Part shown: in pieces, positions 50,124 through 63,832 of the stretch
How positions within the stretch are numbered: position 1 is the stretch's first letter
Layout: each line of letters begins with the position of its first letter
NCBI GenBank assembly: GCA_024137785.1
Contig: JAHRHZ010000018.1
Coordinates: forward strand, 37,935,770 to 37,999,769
DNA length: 64,000 nucleotides
From: Ginglymostoma cirratum
Taxonomy: Eukaryota
Reading direction: 5' to 3'
Notes under the pieces: model-generated
The model's input: the letters and a program-made list of their open reading frames with translations, nothing else
Databases searched by the model: none
What the model was told of the DNA's origin: nothing
Translations under genes and position numbers: made by a program

Positions 50124-53100
50124 CTGGCCAATAGAACAAAAGGACTGATGAATCATTTTCTTTAATTTTCTCCAAATTTCCTGACCGCAATTCTGTATAC
50201 AGCAGAAATGTGCTGGTAGTGATACATGTGACATGTTACATTTACTGCAATTCACCAAAAATACTATTTCAAGTGAAGCATTTTGCAAGATTTCAACTCA
50301 AATGTCTTAAAATGGATTTTTAAGATTTTTTTAAAAATCTGCTTAGGCACTTTAATTCACCTGTACGAAAGCCCAAAATATTACTGGAAAAGAATAATCT
50401 GTAGATTAGTGTATTTTGTTGAAAGAGTTCAAAGCCTGACAAAATTCAAATCAAACAGATAAGTCTAATTATAAAAAAGCGACAGTTCTCTGTGCATTCC
50501 ATTAACACAACCTTTTCCACCTTTCATTGGAAAATACAGAGAGCTGTGGAAAAGCTGAATTGTATAAAATTTAAGTTTGTTCTGTCCAACTTTAATGTTT
50601 AGAAATGTATTTCATATGGACCCTTAACTAGTGAACCTGGTAAAGTACATCCATTTGTTCCACACGCCATTCCTAGAATGCCAAGAAGATATGGCATTAC
50701 TAACTGCACAAAATGAAAGACAACAGAACAAACCTAAATATAGGTTTAGGGCATCCACTCATTCTTTTTTAAACCTATATATAGGTAACTGTCAGTGAAA
50801 GGTTATCTATTGCTATGGTACTAAGATTTAGCTTCCTATTTCATACCCTACAAAAAAGAAGACAATGGCATGACTAAATATGCACATCAATTTGCAAATT
50901 GTATGGTAATATTTATCAAAAGATTATAATGTATCTGTCATCAAGCTAAAGAACTGGTTATAGAATTGTTTGCTCTATAATTTAGTGAAAAATAATTTTT
51001 GGCTGTCATGCATGAGAATTCCTGTACATCCTCAGCATCTTCAGAAAAATTATAAAATGTTCAGTGACAGGGCAAGAAAACATCAGGCAAAAGCGTGGGA
51101 AAGGAAGGGAATGTATTTCTTTTATGTCAGACCTCAATTTCCCGAGGACAGAAACATGGCTAATGTTTGCAGTACTTCTCATAGAAAGGTAAATCTTGAT
51201 TCAATCAATCCCTGGTTAACAAGCACAGAACTAAACCCATGGAAGTTTCAAGTGTCGATTCTATTAAACATATTACAACCTACATAAACAACAAATCAAA
51301 ATGCATTTTTCATGCTAGATTTATCCTATGTGAAACTTTTACATCAGCGGAACAGCACACATCTTCACAATGTTATGAGCACTTGCCAAAGATAGCATGC
51401 AGACATTTTGGAACAGCTCCCATCCCTTTCAGTTTACCTGTAAAAATATCTACATGTTCCCCAGGATCATAACTGTGATAATCCTTAGAGAAACACAGTC
51501 TACCTAAGCAACTGTTTGCTTTCAATATGAAATAAGTTTGTAATAGGCTTATCTCATGATGGGTTTTAAGTCGGCCCACTACCTGTGGGAAAAATAATTA
51601 GATTTAAGCTCAAAATTTCAGCATCCTTAATGCATAATTCATAATTAACACAAAACAGCCATCAGAACTTACTTAATTCACATCTAGTAAAAGTTGCTGA
51701 CCACTGAAAGCGTAAACATTTAACCAGCCAAGCATGTTTCCAGAATTACAATGATACAAATAGTAACATTCTTCACAGGCTAAATGCACTGTCTTGTAGC
51801 GGACTTTAAAATTCAATTTTAATTTTAAACGCAACAGTAAAATCCCTAGAAGACAGGGTTTCCTAAGTGCATCACCTTCTTAAAAAGGAACATAATTTCT
51901 TCAATAATTAAAGATGCAGAATACACCTAAAAACTCAAATATTTCAGGTGGGCCAATATACATGCTACTTCACTTGTTCTCCAAAGTATTAAACTATATA
52001 GGAACCTTTTTTTTTAAGAAACAAAACGTCAGTGCTACATGTGGAGAGCAGGGGTAGAGGGTGGTCTGGCAGGAGACTCAGAGCTGATGTGTTGTATGTA
52101 TTTAAACATGATTGGCTTTTAATTACTCTATTGGTAGACATACACAAAAAAAAAACACAACACACAGTCTTTAGCTCATTAACACCTGAAAGAAGGCACA
52201 TCTGTAACTCTACTCCTTGCGAATAAAGTGGTTAGGTGAAGCAAGCACAAAATTTCAGCACACCCGTCCTTTCCATTCAGAAATCGGAGGTACATCATTT
52301 AGTAGTAAATCAGTGATGTATTTGTTAAGCTCCAGTTGTAAAAAGCACAGTTGTTGTTGAACTTTCTCAGAGGGGAAGAATAAACAAACAAATTCAAAGT
52401 AGATGCAGGCTTTGAACTGTTTGTGGGTGGAAAAAATAATAAGAATGACAGTATTTTTTAAGGATTATATTTTTATGATGAAGGTCTTGGTTTAAATTAA
52501 AGGTCATTGGCACTTAAGGAAAAATCTCAAATGTGTGAAAACGTTCTCAACTGTTGAGTCCTATCTACAAGTTTATTCTATGAAAAATACCCAAGTAATA
52601 ACAATTTAAGTACTGACCAATTATGATATAGAAATATCATAAATCAAGTGTCTTGAAGCTAAATTTGTGACACAAAGGGGAGTGATGTCTTTTTAAGTCT
52701 GAGGAAAGTTGAACTCAAGTACACAATATTCTACACCCTTGTCATGTGACATTAATAGCAAGGTATCTAATCAAGGGTACACAGTTCTGTGCATAGGATG
52801 TGGTGCTTGAGAAAAATAACTTAAATAATCGCAGATGTTTTACAGCATTATCTTTTAAAAAACTTTACAGCCACTATAAATGTAGGTTCTTCATCCAAGC
52901 CAATAAAAAGCCAGTTCTACTTTTCCTGATAATATACAAGTACTGTAAATACAAGAAGGATCAAATAAATGCCACTTGGAAGCATTTTCAAAAATCTAAC
53001 TGATACAACGGAACATTTAAGCAAATTAAAGTAACACTTTACAGAGGCTGATAGATGTGAAAACAATGCTGCTACTTTGAATCATTTCAAGTGAACCAAT

Positions 53101-55002
53101 GTCTTTTAAATATTTCCATCCCACAATTTTTCCTGAACTTCTCTGTGGGTCTTTTTTGTGAGCAGATGAAAAGCAGTAAAATGTGGTTCTGCAGACTTGT
53201 GGTTTCTTTACCCTGTGTGTACAGCACAACTGTCATATTAATACATTCAAACTGTGCTTCGCCAAATTATCGGTTGAAGGTGAGCATGAAATAACCTGCA
53301 CAGTATTCCATCTTACAGCTTTTTAAAAATGAAAACAGATATTTAACCAACGAAGGACGATAGTACCTTAAATTTACTCGGAGTGGCGTGGATCTTAATT
53401 TGATCTCTGGTGATTTTGGATCAGAGTTGGTTGCAGACTGAAATATTTGGTCATGAAAAGACACACACTCAGTGTTCCTGCTCCCTCCTAACTCGAAATT
53501 GCACCTGCCGTTTTGACACCGCGCACCTGTCTGACAGTGCCCATGCGCAGTTTCTGCCTAACGCCAACACCGTTCAACACCTTGCTCGCCTTTTAATAAA
53601 CAATCTGTCTTTAAGTGCTTACCAGCTCACTTTCAGCCGGAGCTGGGGCGGGCAGCCTTTAGGAAAACAATACCAAGGCGATCCTTCCGTTGGCTTGTCT
53701 GGGTTACGGGCATCCAGCAGCTGGCCAGATAAACACCAATATCGGGAACAACGTACAAGACTTAGCAGGGATGCCAGCCACTTTCAGTTGTCTGTAAACA
53801 ATTTTATTTTTTAAAAAAGGCAACTCTACAGAGGTCACAGCCGAACAGGATAAAAGCCCCAGATCTTTCTCCAACTACACAAAAAAAGGCAATACGCAAA
53901 TATGAAGTGGTGAGAAGTATTAAGAGTTTCTTTTGGCCTATAGTTACATAAAGAATTAATAAGAACTGTTGGGGGGGGGGGCTTCATTTAATCAGGCCAC
54001 AAAACTGCATCGCCAAGATTCGTGATGCTACAGAATCCACCTTCGTGAAGTTGATTACACTTTCTCGGCAGAGGCACTTCTTCCCCCTGACGCGTCTCGA
54101 AGTAAATACAACAGGCTTGTATTAAATCAAAATGCGTCTTCCCTACAAAGTACTATTGCTCCAACAGTTCTATCGCAGCACTTGCGATGTTGCTTTGTTA
54201 ATCGCTCCTTGTCAACGCAAAACGATCTGACAGCACACCTCCACACTTAACACATTGAGAGCAGCGTCGGAGTTTCCTCGTTTATTGTGATCGCACACCG
54301 AACGAAACTACCATATTGAGATTCGGTGAATATTAACAGCAGAATTGAAAATGGGTACGGGAGGGGGGGCGGGGGGAGATGTTGACAAAGGACACCTTGT
54401 GACGACAACTTCTTTGTCCACATCTGACCATCAATGCAGCCGGGGGCGGGGGGAGGCAAAGATCGGAAAATGCGAGACCCACTGCGCACTTTAAAACGCC
54501 TTCATTTAATCACTGCCCCAAAGTTTTAACAAAACCTAGGCGTAAACACTATGCACGGCGAATCCAACGACACAATAGCTCATTTGCAAAATAAATTATA
54601 TCCCAAAAGAAAGCAAACCGAAACCTAACACATCTGCACCAGGTCCGGGGGAAAAAAGGAAGTATCCATGCAAATCAAAAGCAAATCAGTTGCGCGACGA
54701 GACACGAAATACCTAGGATACAACACTTGACAAAAGACAAAGAGGCAGCAGATGATGGGACAAAAGAGTACAATGCAATATTTGGAAAACAAGCAGTTCA
54801 TTGTGTACAAAACAGGGGGGGTAAGAAAAGGGGATTAGAAATACTTTATTTCTCCGCTCCTCCAGCCAAAAATCCATATGGTTTTAACACACACCGCAGA
54901 AAAAGAAATCCCGTCCGAAAGGTGCTGCAACTAGCTGCCGGCAAAGCGTTTAAAGTTTATGACGGACGTGGAGAAAGGTAAGTAAGGGACAAGGCTACTT
55001 AC

Positions 55003-55200
55003 TGTGTTGTAGTATTGGTCAGCGGGGAAGAAAGCTTTCTGCTTGCGGTAGGTAGAAAGAGAGAGAGAGAGAGAGGAGGTTGGTGAGGATACTGGAGACC
55101 TCCAGGAGGCAGGGCTTCGCGCCGCTCTCTTCTCTCTGATTGTTAATTCTGCGCGAGCCGCTGAAGATACACTTCAAGACGCGAGGAAGGAAACAGGAAG
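55003..55200 (-). other. PROX1: Probable non-coding PROX1 exon 1 (5' end approximate)
   Basis: Lies directly downstream of the CRE/CCAAT cluster, contains AGAGCGGCGC and a CT-rich tract reminiscent of mammalian exon 1, and ends at ACA|GTAAGT (intron starts 55002). Confidence 0.55.
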
Positions 55201-55560
55201 AACGCGCGTCAGTCTTTGTGACGTCACCCCGCCGAACCAATCGCCACCGCCATCGCTGCCGTCCAATGAGAAGGGACTTGGCGGTCGCCTTCAAAAATAT
55301 TCCCTGGCAGCCAATCGGCGCGGGATCTGGAAGGGGGGAGTCACGTGCTCCAGGGAATTGGGCTCTCCGTCTTCGCAGCGCTCCAGTCCCCCCGCCCCCA
55401 CCAACAACACCTCCGCCACCACAACCTCAGCGCGGCCACTTCCCGCTCGGCGCTCGCTCCCCTGTCAACACGGCGCGAGCGCGCGTGTACCCTCAGCCCG
55501 CCCCCCCGCGCGCAACCTCGCCCCCCAGTGCGCGCGCGCCGCTCTCCTTCAGCAACTTTG
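55150..55560 (-). promoter_or_regulatory. CpG-island, TATA-less promoter of PROX1
   Basis: Highest GC/CpG stretch in the window. CRE TGACGTCA 55219-55226; CCAAT at 55237, 55263, 55311; E-box CACGTG 55342-55347; GC boxes near 55390 and 55500; GGAA (ETS-like) cores at 55184-55200. Confidence 0.8.
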
Positions 55561-58500
55561 GGCTGGAGATGCTGAGTCGCTCTTTGCAACATAAACTGTT
55601 CTCTTTCCCATTTATCACAACCACACACAAAAAAGCTTTTCGATCGTCACATATGTAACCTCGTGCCTCGATTCGCATCATTGTCAACTTCAGATGAAAA
55701 ACATAAGAAAACTATATTCACTTACCGCACCCCCACTTCCACCAAAACCACCCCCACCACCTCTCCTCCCACCCCCGCCAAATGTACTGTGGGCTTGGTA
55801 AAGGGAAGTTGACAGCAGAACAAAACCAAACGGTGTGCCGACAATAGGCGTTAGATGGGACTATTGACGGAAAAGCCAAAGTAGCGTTGGAAAAGGATGC
55901 GCAATCAATACTCGGGCAGCTTCCGGACTTCGGGAACTCTAATCTGTGACAGGGAAAGTTGGAAGTGAAGATAAGCAGAGTGCTGCAAGGGGTTAACACC
56001 CAATACAGGATGTGACACTGTTTCCAAACTGAAATCTTAAATTTGGCGCTTAAAGCTACAAATGAGTTTTGAGGGACGGTAACATCGAAGCTGGAGGTAT
56101 GCAGTAGGACCAGTGAAAATGACAGAAAGGTTGGGTAACTATTTGCGTTCGGAAGTCTATACAGATCCAAACCATAATAGTTCAAATTGGAAGTGATATC
56201 ACCGTTAAATCTTTGTCTTAGTCGTAGTTGTTCAGTTTCCTAATTAAAAGTCAGGGATCCCATGAAGCACATAAAAATGTTCATGTATTAGATATTTGGC
56301 AGGGAGCGATGCACTTATCCGGTCGTGAGCTTGCAATATTGGTGCTTTTATGTGCTGGCTGACGACGACAGCTAACCACAACTTTGTGCCTTGCTTTGTA
56401 TATTAGTCATTGCCACGATCAAATCCACGAATCAGTTATTTGCAGTGTAATTTGATAGCATCCACTGTCGTGACTCTAATCTGCGATGTATCTTCTGACA
56501 ACAAATAAAAGACTTCCCAGAATTTCTACCAGATGGGTACGTATTTGGCCCATGGATGTAATGGCATAGAGGCAAAATGAAAAAAAAAGAGATATCGCAT
56601 CTGCCCAGTGGACTATTCGGAAAGAGTATGTCATGTTATTCGAAGTTGGAGCAACCATTTGCGTATTAAGTGTTTAATAACTATAATATTTTGCCAGTAA
56701 TGACAAAAAAATTGATCACAACAGTTCTCTTGTACTTAAAGCCTCAATAGTTTTTAAAGTAATCCAAATTGTCTTTGATATTGCTGAATGCACACTCGTA
56801 GATACTTTTAATTTTTAACCAACCTGGTCAGATGCGTTATGATATACTACTGGGACAGGCGGGTCTTGAACCCGGGCCTCACACTGAGAAATATTTTCAA
56901 TTATAGACTTTATAAACACAAGTGGGATACGACAATTCTGCCACTCCTCATTTCCAGACCTGTCAAGTATCGAGCATTAGCCGCGAGATTTATTCTATTT
57001 TGACATACGGCGCTGTTAAAAAGAAAAAAACACACCTCCGTGTATTTGAACTGGGTTTCGATGCGTGCCGATTCTATTGATCTTCAATAGTGCGAGTGTA
57101 AATCGGGATTCTTCTTTTTAATGACGAAGCCGTGACTGTCAATCGTTTATTATAGATTTTTCCGTCCAGGAAAAGTTGATATTCTTTGTTCTACGAAATG
57201 CTGGCATACGGACCAATGAAATCAAATTGAATAAAGTTTAACATTCTTTTTAATGACTACCAACATAGAAAGTGATGAAAAGTCATTCTACCTGAAGCCT
57301 CTGATAATTGTAGCTTTCGTCTGGTTATCTTGCACCTTTGCGAGCACTATAACTGGACTTCAACCTAAGAAAGCAAAGTGACAATTACTAATGTCAACTC
57401 CGATCTTTGCACACCGCTAAAATGATGGATCCTCAAATCCCGTTGGCTCTGTGTTTGGGTGTGATATCTTCTCACTAAACTAATCGAATAATCATTTACC
57501 AATTTGAAGGAATCAAGAAAACAATAATGTGAAATAAATATCATTTAACTAAACAACTTTTATTTGCTGTAAGACTGAATAATGAGATTCTAATTGCTTG
57601 AAATCTGTTGATTTGTTAAAAGGACTGCTTTTGTTTTACTTCGTGGGAGATCTCATCACATTTGGTTAAACATTTCGTCTTTGATAACGTTAGATACCCA
57701 TAGATATCGTCTCATCTGAGCTATGACAAACCGGCAACAATATTGGCAATTAATGTACCTCAGGATTAGTTTGTCACTGGTTATTGTTCAAAATTTTAAT
57801 GGAGTAACTTTTAACTTTAATTGTAGTTTTCGGATCCTGATTGTGGTAACTCAAATGTAACTGGATAAAACACGGGAGAAGTGCCTACATATGCAAATGA
57901 CAACTATTATATAAATCAAAAATAACATTGGAAATAAAACTTTAAATTCGTAAGCATGAACTCCATGTTGTCTATAGTTATTTCCAAGCCGAAGATATGG
58001 AGATCAGCAGCTAACTCGAGGAGCGGTCGTAATATAATTTATAGCAGGGTTTGTTGCGATAGAAGTATCGCTAAAACATTATAAATAGAATGCCAATCTG
58101 ATATCACGACACTGTTCAACGTTGAGCGGAACGTTATAAAAGTGTACCCAACTATTTATTCCGAAATTTTTGACTACATGATTTGTGAAAAAATGCATTG
58201 CCGATGGTTAGTGGCGACACCATTTAACGAGTGGAAAGACTTTCCATAATTAAGGTCTACGTCTCTCCCCTATGCATCGTCAACTACTGCTAGGCTGGCG
58301 TTATAGGAATTCTGTATTCATGCGTTTAAAATCAGAGCAACATACATTGACTTTGCCTACTATACTCCGTGTCTAGAGACTCCGGGTTATTTATTCAGTT
58401 GGGATTTATAATACTCTACAGGTGCTTGCGGCTAGCAGCCATGGATTTCAACTTGTTCACGTACGTTGTATTGCTTCCCGGTGTCTGATTTTAAAATAAA

Positions 58501-59639
58501 AGCAAAACACCTCAGCAAATCGACTTTATTTCTATTGCTTTATAATGCTTCGCTCGGTTATGAAATGGCCATTCGAATCTGGCTCTTGAAAATACCCTAT
58601 GCTCTGTATTTAATGGATTCTCGCTGATCACCTTGAAAGCTACATTGCACACTGACAAAATATTTTTTACTTTCACAGAAAACCTGTTAAAAACATCTAA
58701 CATAGGGGTGCATGGAACATGAATCGGGAAACAATTACAATCATAGTTTTCATGATCTTAATTTGTAGGCCTTCTGCGCCTTCATCCTGGCCCACGTGCA
58801 ATGACCAAAAAATGCCCTTTCCAGTCCCAGATCGAATTCGAATGTGGATTATCTGACTATCACACGACTTCGAATGGAGTTCTGCGTGAAGACGTGTTTG
58901 TTCTCCCAGCAGTGACTTTATAAAGCCAAAAAGTACCCAGTTTGACTGCCAGGTCCAATGTAAGGAACGTTTGGATTCTCGATTGCTGCAAGTTTGAGAT
59001 GGCGTGACCAATTGAATCATAATGGATCTACTCAAAATATATTAGCAACTTAATTTGTAAATATTTTTCCCTTATATATCTCACCTAAGGATGTGCCTCT
59101 TCTTCAAGACCAACACTTCTACTGTTTAAGTATAATTATTATTGTGATAAATAATTAATATACTAAATGTCATTTGAAAAGCAGAAAGGTATCTTCTGAA
59201 ATTGGCAAATTTCTCTAACCCATACTACCCGAATTTCACTATGACAATGAGTGCATGAAGAAGAAGCACTTCACATTTCTTAATAATTATGTTTAAAAGT
59301 TAATAAGCATAAAATCCCTCTCTTCCACATTAAAACTGTTCATTCTTATCTGTACACTGTGCACACTCACTTCTACCCATGCAGGGACTGGGCAAGAATG
59401 AAAACGGAAAAGAATTTGGAAAAATGAAAAAAAAAGTGAAACCAGTGAAACAGTGCAACTGATTGTACAAGTGTTAATCTTCTAACATGCAATATAATCT
59501 TTGATACATTTTGAGAGTGGGTGAACAAGAATAGAATGCTAGATAATATTAAGAATATCAAATCAACCTTTTGGACAGAGAATAGTTTCTAGGCAGCTTT
59601 TATTTGTGTGCGACTCCATTCTTGATAAATGGAGTTTCA

Positions 59640-60190
59640 TTATAGAATTGTACATAACATTAGTTAGGCCACAGCTAGAGTACTGTGTGTACCTATGGTT
59701 GTCATACTATTAGAAGGATTTGATCACACCAGAGAGGGTGATTATGAGATTCAACAGGATATTGTATGGCTGGGGTAGTTCAGCTACAAAGGGATAGATT
59801 GGGGTTGTTTTCCTTAAAGCAGAGAAGGCTGAGGGGAGACCTGATTAAGGTGTACAAAGTTATGAGAGGGATAGATAAGGTAGATAGGGAGAAAGTTTCT
59901 CAAACAGAGTTAAAGGGCCATTAATCAACAGACACAGTTTTAAGGTATGGAACGAGAGGTTTAGAGAGGATTTCAGGAAAAAACATTTTCCATACAGAAT
60001 TTGTTGGGTATCTGGAACTCCCCAGAAGAGCTGCAGAGGAAGGAACCCTTAAGAAGAATTTAGATGAATACTTGAAATGCATAGCAAGGCTACAAGGCCA
60101 AGTGCTGGAAAATGGGATTAGAATCCATAGATGCTAGATGACCTGCGCAGACACGATGAGCTGAAGGAACATTTTCCATGCTGTTAAAAT
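59640..60190 (+). mobile_element. CR1-type 3' fragment
   Basis: gttaggccacagctagagtactgtgtg...agaaggctgaggggagacctgat. Confidence 0.82.
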
Positions 60191-61014
60191 AAAAAGCTCT
60201 CGGTTTTCATTTGTTCCATTAATGGAGTTTCTGACCAACAGCTCTGTGGCAGTAGATATAGAGCCTATTACCATTTCTGGATCTTTAGTATGCATCCTCC
60301 ATTCTAGGATACTGCTACAAACATGTGCTGCAGTATAGCAATGTGGTCCCTCTAAAAATGCATGTCTGAATTTAAAGTGTAGACTTTCAAATAATGATGT
60401 TCACTGCATATCTCCTGTCTGAACACACTATGTTCAACATGACTTCTGAACGTTTTGCCCACATATAATTTTTTTCTCCTTACGTTCAGCCTCAACATCT
60501 TTATTTTCTTGTGTTACTGTAAAGATCTTTTCGCTAAACTTTCTACTGCACAGCTTTTTTTATCATAACTTAGAAAATGTCCAATCTTTTTCATAGCATT
60601 GAAAATTTGATTTTCACATTTGCACTTAAAAGTTATATTTATTATAACTTCATACAAAGATATTTATGATCAACATATTTAGGTGTATAATGGCACAACT
60701 TTGGAGCAGATAGAACATTCTGACTCAGAGGTAGGGACACTAATATTGCACCACAAGAGCTTGCCAACTTCATTTTTGCAGTTGCACAGTTGTGGTTATT
60801 TCCAGCTATAACAGTATTTCTTTTTCATGTGTCTATGCATGTCATTAGATTATCCACAAAACCTTTCTGCGTTCAGGTTTGGGCAGTACATCTCAGAAAT
60901 AGTACATTAATTCTTGAGAGTGTGTAACACTAACTCACCAGAATATCACCAGAGTTTCAAGTTCTAAATTATGAAGAACATGTTGTATCAATTTGAATTC
61001 TGAGTGTTAAGTTG

Positions 61015-61330
61015 TAGTGAGACACTCCTAGGCAGTACTGCAAAATTCTGTAAAATTGGAGGTGGTATTTTCCTGATCAGATGTTAAATCAAGGCATTCT
61101 CTGGTGGGCATAAAAATTCCTTATTCCTGTGTATCCCAAATATTTCTCCCCAATCAACATTATAAAAATGGAGTATCTGGTCGCTAACGCAACATGTTTG
61201 TGTGAATTTGCTGCACTCAAATTGGCTTCTTTATTTTCAGAAATTACAGCTGTGCCAATACTTCAAAAGTATTGCGTAATCTGGAAAGTATCTTGAGATA
61301 TCTAACAACTATTAAAGGCTGTATATAGAC
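61015..61330 (+). mobile_element. Deu-domain SINE-like remnant
   Basis: ttggaggtggtattttcctgatcagatgttaaatcaagg...ttgctgcactcaaattggct...tacttcaaaagta. Confidence 0.55.
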
Positions 61331-62635
61331 TCACAGTTACAGCACAGAGGAGGCCATTCAGCTTATGTCCATGCTGGTCTACAAGATCTGACTACACTAA
61401 CGCATTTTTCATCTCTTGGCCTCTGCCCTGGAGAATATGTCAATACTACTTAAATGTTGCAAGAGTTTCAAATCCAGCCAACTGCTTTCCGAGTGAGTTC
61501 TGAACTGCAAAGTCTTTGTGGGAGAAAAAGATTTCCCCCCAACTTTCTGTTTAATCTTCCACCTCTTGCCTTAAACCTATGCACCCTGGTTATTTGTTAC
61601 TCTACTGATGGAAAAAAGTACCCTCTTATCCAGCCTATCTATGCCCATCGATTTTATACACCTCTATCAAGTTCCCTCTTAACCTTTGGTGCTCCAAGGA
61701 AAACAACCCCAGCCTATGCAATTTTACTTCATATCTCAGAAGCTTTAGCCTCGGCAGTATCCTGGTAAATCTACTGTGCACCTTCTCAGGTGGAATTGCA
61801 TCATTTCGATAATGTGGTGACCAGAACTGCATGCAGTACTGCAGCAGTGACGAAACCAGTATTTTATGTGGTTTCAGTAAAACGTTCCTGCTGTTGTACT
61901 CTATGCCTCAGCTAATAGAGACAAGTGTCCCGTAGGCCTTGTTAATGATTTTATCTACCTGCCCTGTGGAATCTGTGGACTTCAAGGTCCCTCTAATCTT
62001 CAGTATTTTCCAAAGTCCTAACATTTATAATGTAATCTCTTGCCTGGTGTCTGCTCCAAGTGTATTATGTCATAATTTTCTTTGTTAAATCCCATTTGTT
62101 CTGCTCTGTGCAGCTGACATCCTCCAGAAGTTTATAGCTATCCTCCTCACTATGTCCTACCTAACCAATGTCGTCTGCAAACTCCTTAATCATGACCCCT
62201 CTATTTAAGTTCAAAGAATATTGTACATCGCAAGAAGCAATGGGTCCCAGCACCAAACCCCACAGAACCCCATTAATGGACTTCCAGACACAGAAACATC
62301 TCTGTGATATCACCCTTAATGTCCTGACTCTCAGCCAATTTTGGATCTACATATCTTGTTGACTTGGATCCCATCGACTCTTTTACTTCCTTAACCAGTC
62401 TGGCATAAACAACCTTATCAAAGGCCAGCTAAAGTCCTCAGAAACCAGATCAAATGTATTAACATTCATTAACACTCATGGTTAACCCCCTCAAAAAGGA
62501 AATTCAAACAACTTTTTGAAACATGAACTTCTCTTAACAAATCCACGCTGACTATACTTGATTAGTCCACAGGTTTTCATGTGCAGATATATTCAGAATT
62601 CTTTCTAATATCTTCTCCAATACCAAGGTTAGACT

Positions 62636-63422
62636 AAATAAAAACTGAAAGAACTGCAGGTGCTGTAAATCATAAACAAAAACCGAAGTTGTTGGAAAAT
62701 CTCAGCAGGTCTGGCAGCATCTGAGAAGAGAAATCAGAATTGACGTTTTGGGTCCGGTGATTCTTCCTCAGAACAGTTCAGAGGAACAGAGATAACAAGG
62801 TGTAGAGCTGGATGAACACGGCAGGCCAAGCAGCATCAGAGGAGCAGGAAAGCTGACGTTTNNNNNNNNNNNNNNNNNNNNNNNNNNNNNNNNNNNNNNN
62901 NNNNNNNNNNNNNNNNNNNNNNNNNNNNNNNNNNNNNNNNNNNNNNNNNNNNNNNNNNNNNNNNNNNNNNNNNNNNNNNNNNNNNNNNNNNNNNNNNNNN
63001 NNNNNNNNNNNNNNNNNNNNNNNNNNNNNNNNNNNNNNNNNNNNNNNNNNNNNNNNNNNNNNNNNNNNNNNNNNNNNNNNNNNNNNNNNNNNNNNNNNNN
63101 NNNNNNNNNNNNNNNNNNNNNNNNNNNNNNNNNNNNNNNNNNNNNNNNNNNNNNNNNNNNNNNNNNNNNNNNNNNNNNNNNNNNNNNNNNNNNNNNNNNN
63201 NNNNNNNNNNNNNNNNNNNNNNNNNNNNNNNNNNNNNNNNNNNNNNNNNNNNNNNNNNNNNAAACGTCAGCTTTCCTGCTCCTCTGATGCTGCTTGGCCT
63301 GCCGTGTTCATCCAGCTCTACACCTTGTTATCTCAGATCCTCCAGCATCTGCAGTTCCTACTATCCTAGTTCAGAGAAACAGATGCTGCCAGACCTCCTG
63401 AACTTTTTCAGCAACTTCTGTG
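62636..63422. mobile_element. Palindromic repeat containing a second Penelope-like element (62789-63367) with perfect 73-bp arms and a 400-N gap
   Basis: Arms 62789-62861 and 63262-63334 are exact reverse complements; two nested TSD pairs. Confidence 0.8.
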
Positions 63423-63655
63423 TACCAAAGTTAGACTGACTGGCCGGCAATTTCCTAATCTATTATTAGCTCCTGTTTTAAATAGAAAAACAACATTAAC
63501 ACTGTTCTGTAGCCTTACTGGTGGCCAGAGATAATTTGAAAATATTGCCAGGGCCCCTGATATCTCCTCCTATGCTGCCCCCAATGGCCAGGGATACATT
63601 TCATCTGGACCTGCAGTTTTTTCTACATTTAAGCCTGCCAAACCCACTAGTACCT

Positions 63656-63697
63656 CTTCTCTCTCTCTCTCTCTTTCTCTATCTCTTTCTCTCTCTC
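63656..63697. repeat. Imperfect (CT)n microsatellite
   Basis: Read directly from the sequence. Confidence 0.9.
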
Positions 63698-63832
63698 ATA
63701 TTTTACTTCTAATATATTACAGCCCTCACCATGATGTCTGTAGCTGCATTGGCCCTTTTCATTGCAAATACTGCGGCAAAGTATTTATTGAGGACAGTGC
63801 CCACATCTTCCCAGTCTGCACACAGATTACTG

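Larger units (their letters stand above)
61330..63830 (-). mobile_element. CR1-type LINE fragment split by nested insertions at 62636-63422
   Basis: ORF MQFWSPHYRND...RLRGNLIEVYK; LINE sequence resumes after a duplicated taccaaRgttagact. Confidence 0.85.

Noticed and set aside
48785-50165. Plus-strand ORFs overlapping exon 2
   Set aside because: Antisense shadows of the PROX1 CDS with no recognisable protein features.
55019-56185. Pro/Arg-rich ORFs of 64-172 aa
   Set aside because: Expected by-product of stop-poor GC-rich promoter DNA; non-ATG starts and low complexity.
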